In this document: piece after piece, positions 56,812 to 64,000 of the stretch
How the letters are laid out: each line of letters opens with the position of its first letter
How positions within the stretch are numbered: the stretch's first letter is position 1
Program-made: the position numbers and the translations under genes
The notes under the pieces: model-generated
Told to the model about the DNA's origin: nothing
What the model saw: only the letters and a program-made list of their open reading frames with translations
Database searches by the model: none
Source: Minisyncoccota bacterium
GTDB taxonomy: Bacteria; Patescibacteriota; Microgenomatia; UBA1400; PJMF01
Direction: 5' to 3'
Assembly (NCBI GenBank): GCA_018646985.1
Contig: JABGTR010000004.1
Location: 2,946 to 66,945, forward strand
DNA: 64,000 bases

Positions 56812-58197
56812 TTAATCTGCTAAACCACTCACATCATCGTCATTGGTTTTAGAAAATCCAAAATCGACTTCAGTCTTAACTGGAGCAACTGGCTTGACTA
56901 AACTATTAACTAACTCAGCTGTGTTGACCACATTCAGCTGCTCATAGAAGAAAGAGAATCTTTCCTCAAGAGACTGCCGAATCTTAGTTTTATTTTCCTC
57001 TGGCATATCCCAAGTTGCCTGCTTGAACTCTCCCCAAGCTTTTTTACGGAAACTATAGTGAAATTGCTCAACTGTTTGTTCTGGCTTGCGCTCATCACTC
57101 ATGGTTTCATCTAGCCAAGCATACATTTTGTCTCGTAACTCACTTGGGAATGCCTCATGCTCAAACTGAATATTCTGGAAACCAGTTGCTAAATGAACTT
57201 CAACTGCCTCAGACTTAGTAAATTGATTGAAGTACTCGTCTGGAAGGGTAGATGCCCCATGTTGAACACCTCCTCCCATCCCGTACTCATCTCTACTCAC
57301 TTGAGAAACATCTTTTAAAACTCCAAAATCAACACTTACGTCAGCTAAAGTACCATCTGCTAAAACTACTCCACCATGGTGAGTCCCAGTCTGGATGCTA
57401 ATTTTACTCATCCCAATCGTATCGGGAGTTAAACCAGCATTAAAGCCATCCACATAAGCTCTTAAATCCTCTAAAGTACTGTTTTTGCCACCAATGTGAC
57501 CAATCTCACCACCAAGAGAAACGGTGACTCCAGCTGGCTCTAAATCTCGAACAAATTTAGTTATCTCTAAAGAGTAATCAATGTTGGCTAGTTGTTGTTC
57601 TGCTTCGGTGGATTTATCTAAATCAACTAAAGTCGACATATCAATATCGATATTATAAAAACCACCTCTGATAGCTTCTGCAATTAAATCCTTAATAGTT
57701 TCGATCTCACCCTCCTTAGGCACACCTGGCCTAGATGCTTTAGATTGGAAGTGATCACCTTGAACAAACAATGGTCCTGACCAACCTTCTCGCAAGGCTG
57801 CAGCCATCAACACAGTGGTGTATTCTTCTGGTCGCTGATCAGTATAACCAATCTCAGATCTAGCAATTTCAAAAATTAAGGCACCTACACTGTGTTTTTT
57901 AGCAGCTGAAAAAGCAGCTCGAGCGGTATCGTAGGCCATTCCACGAATATTCATCGCTGGTACAGTCAGATCTTTGGGTACTCGGCCATCGCCTTTGGCC
58001 ATATAAAAATCATTAATTGAAGCAGGAACAATCCCCCCAGTAATTGCTTGCTGCCAAATAGAAAACCTGGCGGCTTGTTTTTGACTATCATCGCCAAAAA
58101 CTGCCTGGTAAACAAGCTCGTCCATAGGGTGACTAAAAGATGGAGTGTTCATAAATAAAATCCTTTTATTTATTACTAAGAAACTCATTATACACAA
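56812..58197 (-). CDS. class II fructose-bisphosphate aldolase family protein (long form)
   Basis: 461 aa (start may be the internal ATG near 58152); blocks PAMNIRGM (AFN-like), QGDHFQ (LDHG-like), HHGG and QHGAST (HGxSG-like) align with class II FBA/TBP aldolases. Confidence 0.6.
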   Translation of the reverse strand: MCIMSFLVINKRILFMNTPSFSHPMDELVYQAVFGDDSQKQAARFSIWQQAITGGIVPASINDFYMAKGDGRVPKDLTVPAMNIRGMAYDTARAAFSAAKKHSVGALIFEIARSEIGYTDQRPEEYTTVLMAAALREGWSGPLFVQGDHFQSKASRPGVPKEGEIETIKDLIAEAIRGGFYNIDIDMSTLVDLDKSTEAEQQLANIDYSLEITKFVRDLEPAGVTVSLGGEIGHIGGKNSTLEDLRAYVDGFNAGLTPDTIGMSKISIQTGTHHGGVVLADGTLADVSVDFGVLKDVSQVSRDEYGMGGGVQHGASTLPDEYFNQFTKSEAVEVHLATGFQNIQFEHEAFPSELRDKMYAWLDETMSDERKPEQTVEQFHYSFRKKAWGEFKQATWDMPEENKTKIRQSLEERFSFFYEQLNVVNTAELVNSLVKPVAPVKTEVDFGFSKTNDDDVSGLAD

Positions 58198-58260
58198 ACT
58201 TGATATTGAAGATGGATATAAGATATAATGAATATATATTCATAAATAATATGAAAGGAA

Positions 58261-58443
58261 ATGATTATGCCAAGATTTGATAAAACAGGACCTCAAGGAA
58301 TGGGACCTAGAACCGGCAAAGGTCTAGGACAATGTATTTCTAGCTCAAACAAAAAACAATCTCTTGCAGATCGCAAGCAAGAACTCGAAAAAGAGCTAAA
58401 TAATATTAAAAAAGAAGAAGCTGAATTAATCCAAGAAAAATAA
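58261..58443 (+). CDS. DUF5320-family small protein
   Basis: 60 aa; MPRFDKTGPQGMGPRTGKGLGQC N-terminus plus a C-terminal coiled-coil, as in DUF5320. Confidence 0.55.
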   Translation: MIMPRFDKTGPQGMGPRTGKGLGQCISSSNKKQSLADRKQELEKELNNIKKEEAELIQEK

Positions 58444-58447
58444 TTAA

Positions 58448-58723
58448 ATGCCAAGACCCAGAAAACAACGTCGCTTGCAATTTAAACCCAACGTTCATTA
58501 CTTCAAACCCAGAGGCATTCCTCTGAGGGAGCTAAAAGAAGTGGTTTTAGAAAAAGATGAACTTGAAGCTCTAAAACTTCATGATGTTGATGGATTAGAT
58601 CAAATAAAAGCAGCTGAACAAATGGAGATCTCTCAACCAACTTTTGCCAGAACATTAGATAGAACTTACAAAAAGTTAGCTGATGGAATTATTAATAGCA
58701 AAGCAATTAAAATAAAAGAGTAA
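58448..58723 (+). CDS. DUF134/UPF0251-family putative DNA-binding protein
   Basis: 91 aa; MPRPRKQRRLQFKPNVHYFKPRGIPL...ISQPTFARTLDRTYKKLADGIINSKAIKI closely follows the UPF0251 consensus (sigma-70 region-4-like HTH). Confidence 0.7.
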   Translation: MPRPRKQRRLQFKPNVHYFKPRGIPLRELKEVVLEKDELEALKLHDVDGLDQIKAAEQMEISQPTFARTLDRTYKKLADGIINSKAIKIKE

Positions 58724-58729
58724 TTAACT

Positions 58730-59824
58730 TTAAATCCAGCCGCCCACGATCACAATTCCCATTATCAACATGATTATGCCAGCAACCAAATGAAGTGTTT
58801 TTAATCTCTTTTGACGAATTTCTTCTGCCTTAGCTGGATCAAAACCTTTATAAACGGCTACTGATATTAGAACCATTGGCAACACAAAAATCAAGTTGTA
58901 TAGCAGCAAATAGAGAATCGCTTTAAATTGCGAAACTGTATTCGCCAACATTCCCAAGATAACAATATAGGGACCACTCGTACAAGGTAGTAGAAATAAA
59001 CTAATAACAAACCCAATTCCAAATGCTCCAACTGGATTTGTGACTGAGTTTAATAATTTCTTCAGATTTGGACGCCAACTCATTGGCACTTCCATTAAAA
59101 CTCCTTTGCCATACCACAACCAATCTTTGAGGTTTAATAAACCTAAAACTATTGCCATCCAACCAACTACTTTGAAAAATACCTCAGTAAAACCGCCCAA
59201 CTCTAAAGCCTTATATAAACCAAGACCCATTAGAAAATAAGAGATGAAAATTGAACTAGCAAAAGCTAAGCCAGACATAAGGGCTTTTTTACCATCTCCT
59301 GCTACTAGAATAGTGCTCATAAGAATTATCAAAACTGCAAAAGCGCAAGGATTAACGGCATCAACAATACTGGCCCCAATGACTGCCGGCAAAGTAATAT
59401 CCAAAGAAGCAGGCTCATCAGAACTATTTAAATCTGACTCATCCTGCTGATCCTCAGTATCAGTTAATAAAAATTCATCCGCCTTAACAACAAAATCATC
59501 AATAATAGACCTATCGCCTACAATAACTTTGTCACCAATTATTACTAGCGGCACACCACGCTCATTCTCTGGTACTCCCAACTTTGTGAGTAAAGAATTA
59601 AATAATAAAGCATTATCTCTATTAGAATAAATTTCTTTTTTTTCAATTGGATAATTGGCGTATAGATCTTGCTCCTCAAAATATCTATCCACTACAGAAC
59701 AATGAGGACAACCTTGCCCATAAAACAAATAAATTTTCGAATCTACTTGTGCTTGGACTACCTGTGCTGTGGCTATAAATATAAAAACAAATAATAAGCT
59801 GAATTTAATTAATTTTTTAATCAT
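58730..59824 (-). CDS. thioredoxin-domain / CcdA(DsbD)-like fusion membrane protein
   Basis: Likely start MIKKLIKF... at 59824 with a signal-peptide-like segment; extracytoplasmic CxxC (GQGCPHCS) thioredoxin-like domain fused to a 6-TM CcdA-type domain with conserved TM Cys (VNPCAF, LLPCTSGP). Confidence 0.65.
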   Translation of the reverse strand: MIKKLIKFSLLFVFIFIATAQVVQAQVDSKIYLFYGQGCPHCSVVDRYFEEQDLYANYPIEKKEIYSNRDNALLFNSLLTKLGVPENERGVPLVIIGDKVIVGDRSIIDDFVVKADEFLLTDTEDQQDESDLNSSDEPASLDITLPAVIGASIVDAVNPCAFAVLIILMSTILVAGDGKKALMSGLAFASSIFISYFLMGLGLYKALELGGFTEVFFKVVGWMAIVLGLLNLKDWLWYGKGVLMEVPMSWRPNLKKLLNSVTNPVGAFGIGFVISLFLLPCTSGPYIVILGMLANTVSQFKAILYLLLYNLIFVLPMVLISVAVYKGFDPAKAEEIRQKRLKTLHLVAGIIMLIMGIVIVGGWI

Positions 59825-60944
59825 TGTTTTTCTCCTTTTTGCTAAAAACATAAGCCGCTATTATTGTAGCTAATGGTGCAGCTAAAACTAGTCCAATACT
59901 ACCCACCAACATCCTTACAATTTCTTCAGCAATTAACTCAAACTCTAAAATATCTAGAAAAGTCTTTTGACTATCGAAAAAAAGCAATAACATCGGTAGA
60001 GACGAACCAGAATAAACTAGTACTAAGGTATTAACCATTGAAGAAATATGATCTTGTCCCACTTTCATTCCGTCTTTAAATAAATCCCAGAAGCCTATCT
60101 CAGGCTTTGCCTTTTTAAGCTGCTTCACTACAGATGACTGTCCAACAGTCACGTCATCTAGAATCCCCAAAGTTCCAATAATAATACCGGCTAAAAGTAA
60201 TCCTCTGATATCGATTGAGCCTTGTCTTTCTACCTGTAGAAATCCTGCTTCTTCAGAAGCAAAGCCAGTTAAATGAGTAGCATCTGCAAAATGTACAGCT
60301 AATAAACCAGTAATAATTAGACCAATGAAGGTCGCTACTACTCCAATATGAGTTTTTTTATTAAACCCATGAGAGATATAAAAAGTAGTGGGAATAATGA
60401 TTGTTGAACCTAGAATAGCTGCTAAGACTGGATTAAATCCTTGAATAATTAAAGGAATAATAAGTTTAAAAATAACTAAAAATGAAGTTATTAAACCCAG
60501 CAAAGATAAAGCTCCCCAAATCCCACCCACCAACAATACAACTACTATAAACAATAATCCTAATACCAATAAACCATTTCGCTTTACCATTCCATCAAGA
60601 GAATAAGTTATTTCTCCATCTATATTTTGCTGTGTAGCAATTTTAACCCTATCTCCCAGCTGATACAGTTGATACTTAGCACCTACTACTCCTAAACCTG
60701 CGGCTAAGTTTTCTACTTCGACCAGCTCATCCCGATTCTCTCCTCTAGTAATCTTGATCTCCAGCTCTTGAAACTCAACTAACTCATCTAAGAAACTTTT
60801 TTTACCGCTGTCTATAATTTTGGTAACTACACCTTCACTAGCTTTAAAACCAACCTCCTGAGCAGATGCGCCTTGAGAAAAACTTGCAAAAAAAACTATG
60901 AAAATTATTAAAGGTAAAAAAACACGAACCATGAATTGCTGCAT
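59817..60944 (-). CDS. YibE/F family membrane protein
   Basis: 375 aa; N-terminal signal/extracellular region followed by multiple TM helices with a YibE/F-like pattern. Confidence 0.6.
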   Translation of the reverse strand: MQQFMVRVFLPLIIFIVFFASFSQGASAQEVGFKASEGVVTKIIDSGKKSFLDELVEFQELEIKITRGENRDELVEVENLAAGLGVVGAKYQLYQLGDRVKIATQQNIDGEITYSLDGMVKRNGLLVLGLLFIVVVLLVGGIWGALSLLGLITSFLVIFKLIIPLIIQGFNPVLAAILGSTIIIPTTFYISHGFNKKTHIGVVATFIGLIITGLLAVHFADATHLTGFASEEAGFLQVERQGSIDIRGLLLAGIIIGTLGILDDVTVGQSSVVKQLKKAKPEIGFWDLFKDGMKVGQDHISSMVNTLVLVYSGSSLPMLLLFFDSQKTFLDILEFELIAEEIVRMLVGSIGLVLAAPLATIIAAYVFSKKEKNND

Positions 60945-61012
60945 ACTACATAATTATACGATTATTTTTTCAGATAAAAAGAGAAAAATAGCCAGATTTA
61001 GAATCCTATAAC

Positions 61013-61041
61013 TTGCATATATAATGACAGTGTGCTACAAT
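61013..61041 (+). promoter_or_regulatory. candidate promoter of the DEAD-box helicase gene (-35 TTGCAT, 17-nt spacer, -10 TACAAT)
   Basis: TTGCAT-N17-TACAAT about 135 nt upstream of the helicase ATG; would produce a long T-rich 5' UTR. Confidence 0.4.
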
Positions 61042-61174
61042 CAAATTTGTTAAAATAAAAATACCCAATGGGTTTAAGCTCGCATCTAGATTTTTGAATC
61101 TTCGTTTTTTTCAATTTTCCTTTTTTTTGCTTCTTGTCTTTTGCCTTTCGTATTTATAAAGAAAGAAGTATTAT

Positions 61175-62377
61175 ATGTATCGTTCAAGACGATCTTTTTC
61201 TAATTCTAGAAGTAACCAACGTGGCGGTAATAACCGTCGCTCTGGCAGATTTTCTGGAGGCAGAGGCAGAATGGGCTCATTTGATCCCTCAATGCTAATC
61301 AGAAAAGCTGTTCAAAATCCAGCTCCACAACCCACTTATGTGGTGGAAAATAAGTTTGTAGATTTCGCCATTAGCGATCAACTCAAACACAATATTGTAG
61401 CCAGAGGCTATGACACCCCCACCCCAATCCAAGATCAAATCATCCCCTATATTTTAGAGGGCCGAGATGTGGTTGGATTAGCTAATACTGGCACTGGTAA
61501 GACAGCTGCCTTTTTAATTCCTTTGCTAGACAACATCTATCAACGAAAATCTGAAAAAGTATTAATCATGGCCCCAACTAGAGAGTTGGCTGTTCAAATT
61601 GAATCAGAAGTAAAATTATTTGCCAGAAGCTTAAGAATAAATTCTAGCCTTTGTATTGGCGGCGCCTCAATCAATCGTCAGATCGATGCATTGCGCAGAA
61701 ATCCTCAATTTGTTATTGGAACCCCAGGTAGACTAATTGATCTTGAAAAACGCAGGTTTTTAAATTTCAATGATTTCTCAACTATTGTCTTAGACGAAGT
61801 TGACCAAATGTTTGACATGGGTTTCATTAACGACATGAAATATGTGATCGCCAACCTACCACAAGACAGACATTCTCTCTTCTTCTCTGCTACTTTGCCC
61901 AGCAAACTAGACAGCGTTGTTGGTAGCTTTCTAAAAGATCCAGTTATGGTTCAAGTAGAAACTCAAAAAGCTTCTACCAATGTCGATCAAGATGTAATCA
62001 AAGTTAATGGGCAGTCGAAAACTAGCCTACTTCAAGATTTACTTAACCAAGAAGGCTTTGATAAAGTCCTCGTCTTTGGTAGAACTAAGCGTGGCTTAGA
62101 TAAACTCGATCGAACCCTATACCAAAAAGGCTTCAGAGTAGCTGCTATTCATGGTAATAAATCTCAAGGTCAACGCCAACGAGCTCTTAAAGAGTTTAAA
62201 AGAAACAATATTCAAGTGCTATTAGCTACTGACATTGCTTCTAGAGGCCTAGATATTGATGATGTAACTCATGTTATCAACTTCGATCTTCCTCAAACTA
62301 AAGAAGACTACATTCATCGTATCGGCAGAACTGGCCGTGCTAATAAAACTGGCATAGCTCTTAGTTTTGTTGATTAA
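61175..62377 (+). CDS. DEAD-box ATP-dependent RNA helicase with N-terminal Arg/Gly/Ser-rich region
   Basis: 400 aa; Q motif (TPTPIQ), motif I ANTGTGKTAAF, motif II DEVD, SAT, HRIGRTGR. Confidence 0.9.
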   Translation: MYRSRRSFSNSRSNQRGGNNRRSGRFSGGRGRMGSFDPSMLIRKAVQNPAPQPTYVVENKFVDFAISDQLKHNIVARGYDTPTPIQDQIIPYILEGRDVVGLANTGTGKTAAFLIPLLDNIYQRKSEKVLIMAPTRELAVQIESEVKLFARSLRINSSLCIGGASINRQIDALRRNPQFVIGTPGRLIDLEKRRFLNFNDFSTIVLDEVDQMFDMGFINDMKYVIANLPQDRHSLFFSATLPSKLDSVVGSFLKDPVMVQVETQKASTNVDQDVIKVNGQSKTSLLQDLLNQEGFDKVLVFGRTKRGLDKLDRTLYQKGFRVAAIHGNKSQGQRQRALKEFKRNNIQVLLATDIASRGLDIDDVTHVINFDLPQTKEDYIHRIGRTGRANKTGIALSFVD

Positions 62378-62380
62378 AAG

Positions 62381-63811
62381 CTATAGCTTTAATTGCCAAA
62401 AGAAGTTTTTAAGCCAATTAGTAACTAATTCGTTTTTAACATCATTGTTACTGGCTAGGTTATTTTTTTCTTGATTATCTTGGCTTAAGTCATATAACTC
62501 ATTTTTTTGCTCGACTAAGTCACTAATCATTTTAAAATTATCTTTATTGATGCCACCTCTTAAAGAGCTCAGATATCTATAATCAGAATGGAATAAAACC
62601 TCTTCCTGAGATTCATCTCCCAAAAAAGTAGGTTTAAAAGAAACTCCATCTAAAGCAGCGTTAGAGTTTTGAGTTATACCCACTAAATCCAAAACTGTTG
62701 GCAATAGATCAACTGCTGAAGTCCTACTCTCAACTTTAATAGATTTAGTCTGCTCTGGCAAATGAATGAGTAGGGGGGTTTTTACAACTTCTTGATAAAG
62801 AGTCAAGCCATGATCAATCCCATTATGGTCAAAGAGTTCTTCTCCATGATCTGAAGTGAGAATAACAAGAGTAGGATTATCAAAACCTAGCTGCGAATAA
62901 TAATCCTCCAAGAAGAATCCTATTTTTTTATCCATTGCCAAGACTTTGTCATCATAACGATCTATTAAAAACTGTTTATCATCATCAGTTAAAAATAGTT
63001 GTTTCTTAATCTGGTATTGATCTCTCATTTCGACATGCTCCTCTACTGAACCCTGAAGATCACCTTTATATGATTTGGAGAAATATGGTTCCAAATCATC
63101 ATTATTTGCCACTTGCCCATGAACGTCATAACCATGCAAAAATAAAAAATGTCGATTGTCTTCATCGGCAGATATATTTTTCAACCAATCCATAGCTAGT
63201 GGAATTGTTGACTCAAAGCTATCGAAGTCACCCTCATCCGAGTAAGTATCAAAACCTTTATCGAAACCAAAAACTGAAGAAACTCCCGCTCCACCAGTAA
63301 ACCCAGCGGTATGATAACCAGATTCTTTAAAATACTGAGCCAAAGTAATCAAATGAGGGGATGTTTTATCTAAGTTGATGTAAGTATCTGGTGAATTATA
63401 TGAGTACTTATTGGTAACTAAATGATGTTGCGGGTACATCCCAGTAAACATACTCATCATGGCTGGAAGTGTCCAATTGGATGCAGAATAATTATCAAAA
63501 AATACAAATGATCTGCTAGCTAGCTTATCAAGATAAGGTGTTAAAACTCTTGAACTACCATAGGTGGTCAATCGGTCTTGTCTTAGAGTATCAACAACTA
63601 TAAGAATTACATTGCAGTCTTTACAGTCAATTTCTGATAAAGTATTAGTAGGTTTAAGACTATCTCTTAAGAAATAATCAGCTGAAACAATAATGAAAAT
63701 AAAAAATAGAATTAGTAAGGTTAGTTTTTTAATCATAATTAGCTTGATCTCTTTCCTATTGATTCTATTGTTTTTTACTAAAAAAAGAAAATGCAATAAT
63801 CTAGACTGCAT
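62381..63811 (-). CDS. sulfatase-like hydrolase/transferase (alkaline-phosphatase superfamily), membrane-anchored
   Basis: 476 aa (probable start MIKKLTL at 63736); N-terminal TM helix; VVDTLRQD...SNWTLPAMMSMFTG metal-binding blocks; no C/S-x-P-x-R formylglycine motif, so more like LTA-synthase/phosphotransferase-type enzymes than arylsulfatases. Confidence 0.7.
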   Translation of the reverse strand: MQSRLLHFLFLVKNNRINRKEIKLIMIKKLTLLILFFIFIIVSADYFLRDSLKPTNTLSEIDCKDCNVILIVVDTLRQDRLTTYGSSRVLTPYLDKLASRSFVFFDNYSASNWTLPAMMSMFTGMYPQHHLVTNKYSYNSPDTYINLDKTSPHLITLAQYFKESGYHTAGFTGGAGVSSVFGFDKGFDTYSDEGDFDSFESTIPLAMDWLKNISADEDNRHFLFLHGYDVHGQVANNDDLEPYFSKSYKGDLQGSVEEHVEMRDQYQIKKQLFLTDDDKQFLIDRYDDKVLAMDKKIGFFLEDYYSQLGFDNPTLVILTSDHGEELFDHNGIDHGLTLYQEVVKTPLLIHLPEQTKSIKVESRTSAVDLLPTVLDLVGITQNSNAALDGVSFKPTFLGDESQEEVLFHSDYRYLSSLRGGINKDNFKMISDLVEQKNELYDLSQDNQEKNNLASNNDVKNELVTNWLKNFFWQLKL

Positions 63812-64000
63812 TTCTTTTCCTCTACAAGATACCTATGGACTAGAAGAAGTTTATCAAAACAAAGATACTACTTATTTAGCTAAGTATGCAAACAACGACT
63901 CTATTTTAAGAGTTGAAATCATTGGTCAAAAAAAAGAAGATTCTCAGCAACTTATCAGAGGTAGGATCGCTCGAATTAAAAATCAATATGAAGAGAATAT

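Noticed and set aside
1-64000. Searched for CRISPR arrays, rRNA, tRNA, integrase or transposase
   Set aside because: No regularly spaced direct repeats were seen, no rRNA-like conserved stretches, no tRNA-like cloverleaf signatures (e.g. GGTTCGAATCC T-loops) in any intergenic gap, and no recombinase-like ORFs. The window reads as core chromosome.
63747-64000. Plus-strand open frame running to the window edge (…LQDTYGLEEVYQNKDTTYLAKYANNDSILRVEIIGQKKEDSQQLIRGRIARIKNQYEEN)
   Set aside because: There is no in-frame ATG, only possible TTG starts at 63759/63768, and no clear RBS. It could be the start of a real gene continuing beyond the window, but the evidence is insufficient to call it.

Overview
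This is a 64 kb low-GC, tightly packed bacterial chromosomal segment with short or overlapping gene junctions and almost no intrinsic terminators. No rRNA, tRNA, CRISPR array, integrase or transposase was found.

The first ~25 kb (1..24915, all on the minus strand) is one large translation/transcription supercluster. It reads rpoB-rpoC-rpsL-rpsG-fusA-tuf, then the S10/spc operons (rpsJ through rplO), secY-adk-infA-rpmJ-rpsM-rpsK-rpsD, and runs off the left edge where rpoA would be expected. Several features together suggest a Candidate Phyla Radiation / Patescibacteria-type genome (inference):
- no L30 gene between S5 and L15;
- map relocated to 37779 rather than sitting between adk and infA;
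- lysine-rich histone-like C-terminal tails on S5 and L22;
- a D/T-rich acidic tail on RpoB;
- a short lid-less adenylate kinase;
- a C-terminally truncated AlaRS.

The remaining ~39 kb is a mix of housekeeping and cell-envelope genes:
- Cell wall, division and secretion: mltG, ruvX, a sortase, rodZ, a YtxH/DUF948 pair, a LemA-TPM pair, an LCP-family protein, two GT-C (PMT/ArnT-like) glycosyltransferases, a sulfatase-like hydrolase/transferase and a YidC-like insertase.
- Thiol-disulfide: two cassettes, a BlaI-like repressor with DsbA-like and CcdA genes, and a thioredoxin-CcdA fusion with YibE/F.
- Central metabolism: tkt, metK, a divergent prs, fbp and a class II fba.
- Others: a DEAD-box helicase, a DUF5320/DUF134 small-protein pair, an orphan Cas4-like PD-(D/E)XK nuclease and an MGMT-domain-only protein.

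The clearest non-coding element is a SAM-I (S-box) riboswitch with its promoter directly upstream of metK on the minus strand. The most unusual coding arrangement is a ~718-aa protein (actin-like PilM/FtsA-type N-terminal domain, one TM helix, large extracytoplasmic domain) translationally coupled to a sortase and inserted into the otherwise conserved alaS-ruvX-mltG neighbourhood.
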